Notes under the pieces: generated by a model | What the model saw: only the letters and a program-made list of their open reading frames with translations | Databases searched by the model: none | What the model was told of the DNA's origin: nothing | Program-made: the position numbers and the translations under genes | Source: Patescibacteria group bacterium | GTDB lineage: Bacteria > Patescibacteriota > Minisyncoccia > Sungbacterales > HO2-52-23 | Direction of reading: 5' to 3' | Length of the DNA: 62,159 bases | Assembly (NCBI GenBank): GCA_038063315.1 | Contig: JBBTVI010000008.1 | Location: forward strand, 1 to 62,159 | Part shown: one piece after another, positions 16,951 to 25,745 of the stretch | How positions within the stretch are numbered: the stretch's first letter is position 1 | How the letters are laid out: every line of letters starts with the position of its first letter

Positions 16951-18618
16951 TTACAGGAAAAGGCGGGCAAGGCGTAATTCGTCAAATGTGACGTCGCCTC
17001 CGAGAATCTCATACGCGGGCGAAAGCGCCATCCTCCCCTCTTTTATCGTAACGGCTTCAAATGCCGTTTTGATTTTTTCAAAGCGGCCAGCTTCGGGCCT
17101 CAGATGCAAAAGCTCATGTCGGGGATCAAGGCGTTTTGCGGCGACCAGTTTTTCAAGGTGGCTTATGATGGTTCCCGGCGTCAGATTGCGGTGCTGGGTG
17201 ATTTGTGTAACAGACAGCTTTTTGAGCGCGAGTTCCCGCGTGGTCTCGTATGTTGAGGGATGCGTTGGCGAATGAGAGTCGTCTCGTGCGACCGAAACCT
17301 GCCCGCCGCACCGGCGGATAAATTGCGTTTGGCGGAATGTGATGTCTTCTGCGCTGAGCCCCCGGAGATGCTCTTCTGTTTTTTCCGATTGAACGCGGAA
17401 CTGGACATCGCGGCGCGCGACGTCAGGGTGCGTCTCCAGCGCGCGGCCGTTGATGCCGAGAAGATACAGGCCCGCGAGATTGCGGACGCGCGAGAGCGCC
17501 ACATACCCCTGGCCGTATTCAAATGCGGCCGCCAGATCCATGACGGCCGCGTCCATGCTCATTCCTTGGCTTTTGTGGATGGTGATCGCCCAGGCGAGGC
17601 GCAACGGAATTTGCGCCACCCGCGCGCGCGTCTTCCCTCCTTCTTCGATGGCCCACTCCATCGGCGTGGCAATCAGGCGTTGTCGCTCGCGCGTCCGGAC
17701 AATAGGGTACCCGGTTGCGCGGTCAAACCCGACGACAAAGCCCAGGGTTCCGTTCACGAATTGCCGTTCGGTGCTGTTTTTGGTAAACATCACCGCGGCG
17801 CGGGTTTTTAATTCAAGCAATTCCGGAGAGAGGCAACTTTTTTTGAGAAATTCCACCAGATCCTGCGGACCGTGGGCTTCCATCACAAATGGAACGGCCG
17901 GACCGGGCAGTTTGGCGAGCTTCCCCGCGTTGATGCGATCCACGTCCGCGTTATGGGGAAAAAGTCGGGGAATGTTTTCCGGCGCGTTTGGTGTTTCGCA
18001 CAGGCGTTGTTTGAGTGTCGCGTGCTCCGCCGCGCCGCATGCATTGCGTCGGATCGCGCCAAGCAGCGACAGAAAGACGGGATCGTCTTGGCGGTGCTGT
18101 TCACCGAGATAGCAGACGACGGGATTGAGCCGTTGCCATGCGTCGGATTCGTACGCAAACGGCGCCTTTTCTCCGTTCGGCGCGACCGGAGGAAGCTGGA
18201 AGAAATCGCCGACGACAATAACCTGCAAACCGCCGAACGGAATCAAACTTTCCCGGATTTTGCGGCAGACGAGGTCCACCATGGAAAATGTGGCGGCCGA
18301 GAGCATGGAGACCTCGTCAATGATAAGAACGCCGGCCGCGGCCACTCTTTTGCGGACCTTCTGCCGTCCGGCGATTGCGGCGAGGTCATCGGGAGACAAG
18401 GCCGTACTGACGCCGATGCCGCTCCATGAGTGCACCGTCATGCCGCCGATATGCGTGGCCGCAATTCCGGTGGAGGCGGTGATCGCGGGCTGAATACTGT
18501 GTTCTCTCAGCCATGCAATGTAACGGTTGACCGTGTGCGTCTTGCCGGATCCGGGCTCACCGGTGAGGAAAACGCTTTTGCCCGTTTTTAGGATTGTGAG
18601 TGCTTGATTCTGAGTCAT
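16951..18618 (-). CDS. Pif1/RecD-family (SF1B) DNA helicase with C-terminal helix-turn-helix-like domain
   Basis: Walker A GEPGSGKTHTV, Walker B LIIDEVSML, GDFFQLPPV, TIHKSQGMS. Confidence 0.85.
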   Translation of the reverse strand: MTQNQALTILKTGKSVFLTGEPGSGKTHTVNRYIAWLREHSIQPAITASTGIAATHIGGMTVHSWSGIGVSTALSPDDLAAIAGRQKVRKRVAAAGVLIIDEVSMLSAATFSMVDLVCRKIRESLIPFGGLQVIVVGDFFQLPPVAPNGEKAPFAYESDAWQRLNPVVCYLGEQHRQDDPVFLSLLGAIRRNACGAAEHATLKQRLCETPNAPENIPRLFPHNADVDRINAGKLAKLPGPAVPFVMEAHGPQDLVEFLKKSCLSPELLELKTRAAVMFTKNSTERQFVNGTLGFVVGFDRATGYPIVRTRERQRLIATPMEWAIEEGGKTRARVAQIPLRLAWAITIHKSQGMSMDAAVMDLAAAFEYGQGYVALSRVRNLAGLYLLGINGRALETHPDVARRDVQFRVQSEKTEEHLRGLSAEDITFRQTQFIRRCGGQVSVARDDSHSPTHPSTYETTRELALKKLSVTQITQHRNLTPGTIISHLEKLVAAKRLDPRHELLHLRPEAGRFEKIKTAFEAVTIKEGRMALSPAYEILGGDVTFDELRLARLFL

Positions 18619-18716
18619 GAAAAGATTGGGTCTTCCCCTTTTTGAACTTGTAAGAATTCTTTACAAATTGCCGTTTGTTTTCTTGGCCATGGTGTGGAAT
18701 TCCGCGACTGCGGATA

Positions 18717-20000
18717 TTAATGCATATCTGGTTTATTAAAGCGGATAATTTTTTCCAATAATGCCGGAAATTCTTCCGTTCCCATATCATCAAGCGTGTA
18801 GTGTCCGTGCCCCTTCAATTCGATAATTTCGCCGCCCAATGCCTGGTGAAAAATTTTCAAACTTTCTTTGCCCCTACCTTCCTCGTCATCGGCAGTAAAC
18901 AGGATTATCTCGCCCACGCGCGATTTTATGCTTTCATCTATCGGGTAAGTATAAAATTCCTTTCTGAACTCATCATCCGTATCGGGAATTTTCCACGGCG
19001 CCACGAGGATGAGTTTTGAAATTTTTCTTTTTGTCTCTCCGAGCCACCGGACCAAAAAAGCGGCGCCGCAACTATGCCCGACTAAAATCGAATTTTGGCC
19101 GACTTCACATTTTTCAAATTCGGCTTTGAATTGTTGATAATTCGGCTGCCACGGATCCGGCATAAGGGGCGTTTCGGTCTTTATTCCGGCGGCGATGAGA
19201 TTTTTCTTGAGCCATGGAATCCAGTGTTTGTCATAAGTCCGGGTTTTGGGATCCATCGCCTTTTCCACATCCGAGGGGCAGCCATGAATAATTATACAGT
19301 TTGCGTTTTCGTTACTCGTGGCAGATGTTTCGATGACGCATTTCTCGTAGAGTTTTTTGAGCGTCTTGTATGCGGATTCCGTTTCTTCGATAAGGGTGAG
19401 AGGTTTTTCCGCATGGGTGCCTTGCGCCGCATCTCTTAAGGTTTGCCGCGTTTGCTCCTTGATTTTGCCCTCGATCTGGCCGCGGAGGTCGGTCAGCTCC
19501 CTCAGTTTTTCTTCCATGCGCTTTTTTATGTCAAAACAGCGCGCCTTATCTTTTTCGCCTTCTCTGTCTTTGGTTTTTCTGCTCTTCAGTGATTGCGCGA
19601 TACCGAAGCCCGCCATGAGGCCTGCGAGCGCTGCGGCGCCGGGCCAAAATAGTGCGTTATTATTTTTGCGTTCATTCGAAATTGAGGGTTCAATCGCGGG
19701 CTTGGCAACGGGTGGCGGCGTCGGGGGAGGCGCGGGCGTCGCGGGTTTGACGGGTTGAGGCCGCGGCCGGACAACGGCTCCTTCCGGAGGCGGCGCTGTG
19801 GCCGGAGGCGTTACGACGGACGGTGCCGTGTTTGTAGCGCTTTCCGCCTGCGGCGGCGCGGCTGTTGCGGTAGCGGACTCCGCGTTTGTCGAGACGGCGC
19901 GCGGCGCAGCAATACGTCCGTCTTGCGCAAGAACGAATAGTGAAGGGAGAACAAAAAACATTGTGACGACCGCCACCCGCAGAAAAAATGCTCTGTTCAT
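18717..20000 (-). CDS. bitopic protein: signal peptide + Pro/Ala-rich region + TM + coiled coil + YdeN/RBBP9-like serine hydrolase domain
   Basis: IIIHGCPS, HWIPWLKK, nucleophile elbow LVGHSCGA, LILVAPW; APPPTPPPVAKP low-complexity N-terminal part. Confidence 0.7.
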   Translation of the reverse strand: MNRAFFLRVAVVTMFFVLPSLFVLAQDGRIAAPRAVSTNAESATATAAPPQAESATNTAPSVVTPPATAPPPEGAVVRPRPQPVKPATPAPPPTPPPVAKPAIEPSISNERKNNNALFWPGAAALAGLMAGFGIAQSLKSRKTKDREGEKDKARCFDIKKRMEEKLRELTDLRGQIEGKIKEQTRQTLRDAAQGTHAEKPLTLIEETESAYKTLKKLYEKCVIETSATSNENANCIIIHGCPSDVEKAMDPKTRTYDKHWIPWLKKNLIAAGIKTETPLMPDPWQPNYQQFKAEFEKCEVGQNSILVGHSCGAAFLVRWLGETKRKISKLILVAPWKIPDTDDEFRKEFYTYPIDESIKSRVGEIILFTADDEEGRGKESLKIFHQALGGEIIELKGHGHYTLDDMGTEEFPALLEKIIRFNKPDMH

Positions 20001-20180
20001 ATGGTTTCAACTAACGCCACGCGATTGATGCCACGATAGCATATTTGCCATCAATAGAAAAAGAGGCGCTGTTTGACGTCCCACGGCGTTATTTTACGTC
20101 GGTAAATGCGCGAGCTTGGCATCTGATCATATCAGATATATAATGCGTATCTCGTTTCATTGACAACTAAAGGAGGCAAC

Positions 20181-20741
20181 ATGCCTGCCAAAAAGCCGTA
20201 TTGGAACCTCGTCACAGAAGCCGAAGCGTTTGCGCGAACGGTTCACGCGGATCAAATCCGTCCCAACCGTGCTCAGGAACCCTATGTGGCGCATCTTCAG
20301 GAAGTTGCGGAATTGGTGAGAACTTCCGGTGGCTCTGATGAAGAAGTCGCCGCAGCATGGCTCCATGACAGCGTAGAAGATACTTCCGTGACCATCGAAG
20401 AAGTTATTGCCAGATTCGGCGAAGAAGTAGCGAATATCGTCGATGGTATGACCGATCCGCCGGAATTCGATGGATTGCCGACTCTCGAACGGAAAACGCG
20501 GCAAGCAGAACGGGTACGCGTCAAAATCTTCGGGGTCAAGCGGGTAAAGATCGCTGATCAAACGTCGAACCTGCGTTCGGTCGCCGTTGATCCCCCGGTC
20601 AAATGGGATCGCCAGAAGTGCCTTGACTATATCGAGGGTGCAAGACGGATCGCCGTTGGATGTTACGGCATCAGCGCCTATCTCGATTTGGAGTTTCAAA
20701 AAGCATACCGCCGGGCATTTCAGGAGCATGCGCCGCAATGA
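20181..20741 (+). CDS. HD-domain (RelA/SpoT-type) small alarmone hydrolase-like protein
   Basis: PYVAHLQEVAELV and AAWLHDSVEDT (H..HD motifs), IVDGMTD; AAGGAGG Shine-Dalgarno 6 nt before ATG at 20181. Confidence 0.8.
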   Translation: MPAKKPYWNLVTEAEAFARTVHADQIRPNRAQEPYVAHLQEVAELVRTSGGSDEEVAAAWLHDSVEDTSVTIEEVIARFGEEVANIVDGMTDPPEFDGLPTLERKTRQAERVRVKIFGVKRVKIADQTSNLRSVAVDPPVKWDRQKCLDYIEGARRIAVGCYGISAYLDLEFQKAYRRAFQEHAPQ

Positions 20742-20812
20742 AGGAGGCGAAAATGTCCCGATTAAGAGCACCAGCTTCAAGCGGCGCCGCTGTGCGTAAG
20801 TAAGACAAAGTG

Positions 20813-20850
20813 AAAATCCGTCCTTCGGCTATGCTCAAGGCGGATTTTTT
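20813..20850 (+). terminator. intrinsic terminator-like hairpin after the HD gene
   Basis: AAAATCCG(T)CCTT-11 nt loop-AAGGCGGATTTTTT. Confidence 0.5.
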
Positions 20851-20854
20851 GTAC

Positions 20855-21640
20855 TCACCTTCTTTCGCCCGCATCAATCCGGTACCAATCGATATTTCTT
20901 GTGAGATACATTGTTAGCGCAAGAAGCGCAAAAAGCAGGATTGAACCATAAAAGAGAGCGAGGTCCTCAAGCTGAACGATGACATAGAGATAAGAGTACA
21001 AGAGGGCCAAAAGCGCGGAGACGATGGATGCCTTTTTATTCGCCTTCAATACTTTTGCGCTGTAACTTGCGATCAAGCCGATCGTGGCCATGGTCGAAAT
21101 GACATACGCAGGCAGGAAGCCGAATCTTTCCGAGAAAGACAGCAGAAGCAGATAAAAGAGCGCAAGCGCAAAACCGACGAGCAGGTACTGAAACGGATGA
21201 ATTTTTATTTTGCTTAGAATTTCAAATAGGAAGAATGCCAGAAAAGTTATCGCAATAAACATAACGGCATATTTTATCGTCCGGTCTATCTTTGTATAGA
21301 AATCAACGCTTTGGATGAGCGAGACCCCGAATCGCGCATTGAGAATGGTTTGCTGATCCGTTTCTCCGTCAACCCATTGCTGCGGATATGAGCGGCCGAA
21401 GGACGAAATAGACCAGTTTGCGGAAAAACCATCCGTGACCTCTCGCGTATTGGGGAGATAGGCGCCGGTAAAACTCGGAGAACTCCAGCGCGATTTAATA
21501 TCCACTTTTGTTTCGCCTCCGAGAGGCAAAAATTCCAATTGCTCGCTCCCTTGCAAATTAAGCGCATATGAAAAATCAAATGTTTTTTTCGCTGGATCAA
21601 AAGGAACAAATGCGTGAATTCCGTTTAAATATTAAAACCC
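20855..21640 (-). pseudogene. creD: 5'-truncated creD-like gene (C-terminal about 260 codons only)
   Basis: SPSFTGAYLP, TIKYAVMFIAITFLAFFLFE, HPFQYLLVGFALALFYLLLLSFSE match the C-terminal half of CreD; frame stays open upstream to a TAA at about 21641 with no plausible start. Confidence 0.6.
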
Positions 21641-21780
21641 CTACCGTGATCAGCTTTGCGTAGTGGAGTGTTGTGGTTTGAAAGACAGGTTGTTGAGCGT
21701 ATTCATCTTGCATAATCTGGAACGATTTTGGGCGGGATTGGGTTACTTACTGTACGATAGAGGGGCATAACAACGATGAA

Positions 21781-21800
21781 GGCCGCCGTTTACGGCGGCC
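21781..21800 (-). terminator. GC-rich hairpin downstream of the tail-tube-like gene
   Basis: GGCCGCCG-TTTA-CGGCGGCC; weak T tract on the minus strand. Confidence 0.4.
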
Positions 21801-21825
21801 TCTCGGCGTGCATCTCGTTGGTTTT

Positions 21826-22362
21826 TTACCGCCTCTCCCAGTACTCAATACACAGCTCGATTTCTTCCTCGAGCGCGTCGTTGCTTGTGCTGTTCAGCGA
21901 TGGTCCCTTCCAGCGGCATGGCCACGCCTCGAAGAAATTATAACGGACAACTTCCTCCATGTTTGCGCCGATGACGATGATGGAACCGCTCTTTCGTTCG
22001 GTGATGCCCTCAACTACTTTTTTTCGCCACTCCCATAGTTCCGGCGTGTGAAGATTGCCGCGACGGAGGATGATGTTTGAGTAATTCGTCTTGCCCGGCC
22101 GTTTATGCATAATCCGCTCGTTGCCTTCCTGGTATTCTATAACTTCGGTCTTCGATTCGAGGCCGTCAACCTCCTTGAAACCGCCGACGACAACGCCGTC
22201 AATCTCGACGTTGAAATTGTGGATTGTGGTGTAATCGCTCCGATCACTCCCCATTGCTGCGGCTTCCTCGTGAGGATAGAGGGTTCCCGCATAAAAGAGG
22301 AGAGCGCTCATCCCGAGGAGACCTGTGCATAGTACGGCCGTGTGATTTTTTAAGACAATCAT
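21826..22362 (-). CDS. phage tail-tube-like protein (T4 gp19 / contractile-injection-system tube family) with N-terminal hydrophobic anchor
   Basis: FNVEIDGVVVGGFKEVDGLESKTEVIEYQEGNERIMHKRPGKTNYSNIILRRG..ELWEWRKKV..NFFEAWPCRWKGPSLNS...EEIEL matches the family consensus; preceded by a 45-aa segment with TM-like AVLCTGLLGMSALLFYAG. Confidence 0.8.
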   Translation of the reverse strand: MIVLKNHTAVLCTGLLGMSALLFYAGTLYPHEEAAAMGSDRSDYTTIHNFNVEIDGVVVGGFKEVDGLESKTEVIEYQEGNERIMHKRPGKTNYSNIILRRGNLHTPELWEWRKKVVEGITERKSGSIIVIGANMEEVVRYNFFEAWPCRWKGPSLNSTSNDALEEEIELCIEYWERR

Positions 22363-22707
22363 GTTTTTGATGGCAAATTTTTAGCTACTGCCCGCGACCT
22401 TTCACAGATATTTGTATAGCCAAAAATCGGCCGCGTCAAGGAAATGAACAAAACCGGGTTTTTATATAGTGTAGATTCGGACTTAGACCGTTCAACTATT
22501 CGTATTTTTACACCGACTTTGACACGCGAGTGGGATAAAAAAGAAAAGGTATCAGAAAACGATGCAGAGAAAAACGGGGAGCGGGTAACCCCTCACTGAT
22601 GTCATTCTTGCGTCATGCCAAAGGCAGATCCCCGTCTTCGCCTGGCTCCGGCCGGGCAGGTGCCTCCGGCGGAAAAGCGGGAAGCTCGTGTATAATCCAC
22701 AACGCAT

Positions 22708-22733
22708 GGATTCCCGATCAAGTCGGGAATGAC
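22708..22733. repeat. GTCATTCCCG..CGGGAATCC hairpin (HP-3 family), reverse orientation
   Basis: GGATTCCCGATCAAGTCGGGAATGAC. Confidence 0.6.
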
Positions 22734-22809
22734 AATCAGAGCGGTGTGGTTGTTTGCCATCCGGCCAGCTCAGGTAGACATTTCTTCAGGAACTGGCAAG
22801 ATACACGAT

Positions 22810-23466
22810 ATGGAACGGAAACAAAACCTTCGTCTGCTCGGCTCAATATTCGTTATTGCGGTACTCTCATTTTTTCTAAGCTTCGTACTTGCGCCTCTCT
22901 TGGGTTCAGAATCCGTTCGGCGCGCGATCGACTCGCTCGGCTCGTGGGGTCCGCTTGCGCTCGTCGGTTACACAATCCTCGCCCATGTGGTCGCCCCGCT
23001 CGCTGGATCGGTCGGATTTCTCGTCGGCGCGAGCGCATTCGGCGTTCCTCGCGCGGTCCTATATATTTTCCTCGGTAGTATGGTAAGCGCGGTCATTAAT
23101 TTTTCCATCAGCCGGCGCTTCGGCAGGCCATTGGTGCTCCGGTTCGTCGGGCGCAAAACAATGCGCAAGATCGATGAAATCGTCGACATCGCGGGACTTG
23201 GCACGCTTACTACCCTGCGTCTTTTTGGCGTTGCGATTTTTGAACAAACGTCCTATGCCGCAGGACTCACGAATATGCGTTTTCGAACCTTCATGGCAGC
23301 GACCGTTTTTGGAAGCGCCCCACCGCACATCGCGATTGCGTTTTTTTTCGCCAACACCGACTTCGCACTTGGCGGTAATCTTGTATTTCTGCTCGGCGTT
23401 CTTGCGGCTCTTGGCGTCGCAAGCACCTGGCTCGTGAGTGGCCTCCTAAAAAAGAAACCGGTATGA
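22810..23466 (+). CDS. TVP38/TMEM64 (DedA-related) family membrane protein
   Basis: VAPLAGSVGFLVGASAFG, NFSISRRFGRPLV; start trimmed to MERKQNLRLL. Confidence 0.8.
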   Translation: MERKQNLRLLGSIFVIAVLSFFLSFVLAPLLGSESVRRAIDSLGSWGPLALVGYTILAHVVAPLAGSVGFLVGASAFGVPRAVLYIFLGSMVSAVINFSISRRFGRPLVLRFVGRKTMRKIDEIVDIAGLGTLTTLRLFGVAIFEQTSYAAGLTNMRFRTFMAATVFGSAPPHIAIAFFFANTDFALGGNLVFLLGVLAALGVASTWLVSGLLKKKPV

Positions 23467-23490
23467 TATACTTACAGTAAGAAATATACC

Positions 23491-23850
23491 ATGGCAGTCC
23501 TCAATCACACCATCAACACAATACCGAGAGAATCTGCGCCGATCGCCCGTATTGGTCCCAAGCACCAGGTGACGATTCCGAAAGAAATCTTTGACAAGCT
23601 TTGCCTCGATGTCGGCGACTACCTCGACGTGCAGGCAACCGGAGCGACAATTGTCATGACTCCGAAGAAGCTAATCCCGAAGGATCAGGAATGGTTTTAC
23701 ACGAAAGAGTGGCAGGTAAAAGAGCGCGAAGCGGACGAGGCGATTGCCCGAGGTAAGGTCTCCGGTCTATTCACCACTGCTGATCAACTCATGGCGCATC
23801 TGAACTGCGCGTTGGCCCCGCGACCCAACCGCAAGCAAAAACAACGATGA
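23491..23850 (+). CDS. AbrB/MazE/SpoVT-type antitoxin (paralog of 15830..16132)
   Basis: HQVTIPKEIFDKLCLDVGDYLDVQATGATIVMTPKK; C-terminal ARGKVSGLFTTADQLMAHL parallels RAGRVSGPFATVDELKRHL. Confidence 0.75.
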   Translation: MAVLNHTINTIPRESAPIARIGPKHQVTIPKEIFDKLCLDVGDYLDVQATGATIVMTPKKLIPKDQEWFYTKEWQVKEREADEAIARGKVSGLFTTADQLMAHLNCALAPRPNRKQKQR

Positions 23851-24104
23851 GGATTCAGACGACCGCACCCTTTGACCGGGATTTTGCTGTGCTTCCTGTT
23901 ACGATTCAGCAGCGTGTGGAGAAGCAATTCCGTCTCTTGACTGAGAATCCTCGCCATTCGTCTTTGCGGCTCAAAAAGATGGAAGATCCCCGTGATATCT
24001 GGGAAGGACGCGTGACGCAATCCTATCGCTTCACCTTTCAGATTGTCGGCGATCTCTATCTCCTCCGCCGCATTGGCACGCACGACATTCTCCGGCGGCC
24101 GTGA
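23847..24104 (+). CDS. ParE/RelE-superfamily toxin (paralog of 15591..15830)
   Basis: HSSLRLKKMEDPRDIWEGRVTQSYRFTFQIVGDLYLLRRIGTHD; ATGA overlap with antitoxin. Confidence 0.8.
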   Translation: MRIQTTAPFDRDFAVLPVTIQQRVEKQFRLLTENPRHSSLRLKKMEDPRDIWEGRVTQSYRFTFQIVGDLYLLRRIGTHDILRRP

Positions 24105-24163
24105 TACGTTCCGCGCACTTCTCCGATTGCTATAGCCATATTAAAAAAATGCCTCTTTTTTCT

Positions 24164-24188
24164 GTCATTCCCGCGCAGGCGGGAATCC
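24164..24188. repeat. GTCATTCCCGCGCAGGCGGGAATCC hairpin (HP-3 family)
   Basis: near-identical to 16806-16830; upstream flank TATAGCC..AAAAATGCCTCTTTTTTCT resembles the left arm of the 16765 element. Confidence 0.7.
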
Positions 24189-24326
24189 AGGTTTTCTGCG
24201 TCCAAGAGGTGCTCGCATTTTGAATTTCAGGAACTGGAAGTAAAGGAAATATCCGAACACCAAGATTGTAAAAATCAGCAGGACAAATTTGAGGACAAGA
24301 GACGAATAAAAAGTGACAATGTTCAT
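24165..24326 (-). CDS. possible 53-aa hydrophobic peptide (very tentative)
   Basis: hand translation MNIVTFYSSLVLKFVLLIFTILVFGYFLYFQFLKFKM...; its 3' end runs into the HP-3 repeat, so it may be spurious. Confidence 0.2.
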   Translation of the reverse strand: MNIVTFYSSLVLKFVLLIFTILVFGYFLYFQFLKFKMRAPLGRRKPGFPPARE

Positions 24327-24487
24327 TCTATGTTGCGAATTCCAAATCTGTATGGACTGCTGGCATATTTCGCTATTACGCCCATTCTGCTCGCAAATTG
24401 ACCGTAATGCCTTTATACGATAGGTTAAATCACGCTGTAATTAGTTCATACGCGAGAATCGAAAAACTCCTTCATATATTTGCGGGA

Positions 24488-25126
24488 TTAAAAAATCGGC
24501 CGGGTCAGTTCGTGCAAGAATTTATGCATTATTCCCAAAGCAAAAGAGCAATATTCCTTGCTTAATCGTAAGTTATCATTATATATGCGAATTCCATTTT
24601 TCGATGATTTTGCGATATAATTTCTCAGTTTTTTATTGTTGGTCCCCAGTTCGCCACCAGCGTGTGCCAGACAATTACGCACGAGCCCAATCGCGACCAC
24701 TTCATTCCATAGCTCTTCATTTGGCATGACCTTGTTGCACGCTTTCTCTAAATAAATTCGAGCGCGGTGTATACCACTCCCTCTGATATCTTCAAGGTTG
24801 ATTTTGACGGCATTTTTTGCGCACCATTTCCGGCATAATCGATTCATCTTGTGTTCCAAATAACTGAAAAGGGCGATGACAAAAGAAGAGTAAAAAATGT
24901 CATAGCGCTCGCCGAGAAGGTACTTGCTTTCGGATAGTGCATCGTCCGACCGTTGTTTTTCGTCTAGCGACAACTGCTGATCTTCATAACGCTGGTCTGT
25001 GTCCGATTGCTCATTGTCAATTTCGTCGCCGTCGTTGTTCAGTATGGCTTCCAAATCATCCAGATAGGATTCAAAATGATTGAGTTCAAATGAGATTTTT
25101 TCCGAATCAATTTCTATATAAGGCAT
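24488..25126 (-). CDS. HEPN-like protein (putative RNase) with acidic N-terminal region
   Basis: R150-N-C-L-A-H155 (nt 24662-24679) is the R-x4-H / R-N-x-x-x-H HEPN signature in a helical C-terminal half; low-GC gene. Confidence 0.55.
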   Translation of the reverse strand: MPYIEIDSEKISFELNHFESYLDDLEAILNNDGDEIDNEQSDTDQRYEDQQLSLDEKQRSDDALSESKYLLGERYDIFYSSFVIALFSYLEHKMNRLCRKWCAKNAVKINLEDIRGSGIHRARIYLEKACNKVMPNEELWNEVVAIGLVRNCLAHAGGELGTNNKKLRNYIAKSSKNGIRIYNDNLRLSKEYCSFALGIMHKFLHELTRPIF

Positions 25127-25173
25127 ATCACAACCCGTTGAATCAATAATCTGGATGGTAGCCCATCATCGTC

Positions 25174-25261
25174 GTCATTGCGAGCGCCTCCGAGTTTGAC
25201 GAGGTGGCGCGCGGCAATCCAGCATTTTGGATTGCTTCGTCGTCTGACTCCTCGCAATGAC
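25174..25261. repeat. REP-1 element, copy 6
   Basis: GTCATTGCGAGCGCCTCCGAGTTTGACGAGGTGGCGCGCGGCAATCCAGCATTTTGGATTGCTTCGTCGTCTGACTCCTCGCAATGAC. Confidence 0.9.
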
Positions 25262-25526
25262 GTATAGAAGGGCGGTGTTGGAAGGAGCTATGAGGGGGGT
25301 CTAACTCCATAGAAGTTTCATCAGACGACTTTGTTTTTACTAAAAAAATTTCTTTTTCTTCATCGGCATTCGCGGCATGCTGGTGATAATCAATATGACG
25401 AATTTGGTTGGCTGGCGGTATTATAAGCGATGTTAGAATCCTTGTCTTGCACGGAATACGGAATATCGTTGTTTATCGTTTTTCAAAATATTCCCGCCGA
25501 ACTTTTTTGTGGATAATGGACACGGA

Positions 25527-25730
25527 TCAAAGCCCTAAATTGGTATACGTGCTATAGATACCGATAAATTGAGGAACGAGAACTATGAGTCCGATGAGAG
25601 GGAAAACAATCACCGCAACGGAAATCGTGAGGGTCCAGAAAAAGTACCGCCGCATCTGTCGGCTTATTTTCATCTGTTCATCGAATTTCTTTTCAATGGT
25701 GTCTAATTTTTGCAGAATTTCTTGGTCCAT
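25527..25730 (-). CDS. small membrane protein, 67 aa
   Basis: N-terminal charged helix (QKLDTIEKKFDEQMKISRQMRR) then TM hairpin; very AT-rich. Confidence 0.45.
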   Translation of the reverse strand: MDQEILQKLDTIEKKFDEQMKISRQMRRYFFWTLTISVAVIVFPLIGLIVLVPQFIGIYSTYTNLGL

Positions 25731-25745
25731 AGTGTGTGGCTTAAT

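Noticed and set aside
21286-21609. 107-aa minus-strand ORF upstream of the creD fragment as the missing CreD N-terminus
   Set aside because: It is in a different frame that overlaps the creD-like frame, and its sequence has no CreD-like features.
21826-22362. Tail-tube-like gene as evidence of a prophage
   Set aside because: No capsid, terminase, portal, sheath, baseplate, integrase or lysis genes occur anywhere in the window. It is treated as an orphan and reported as a finding instead.
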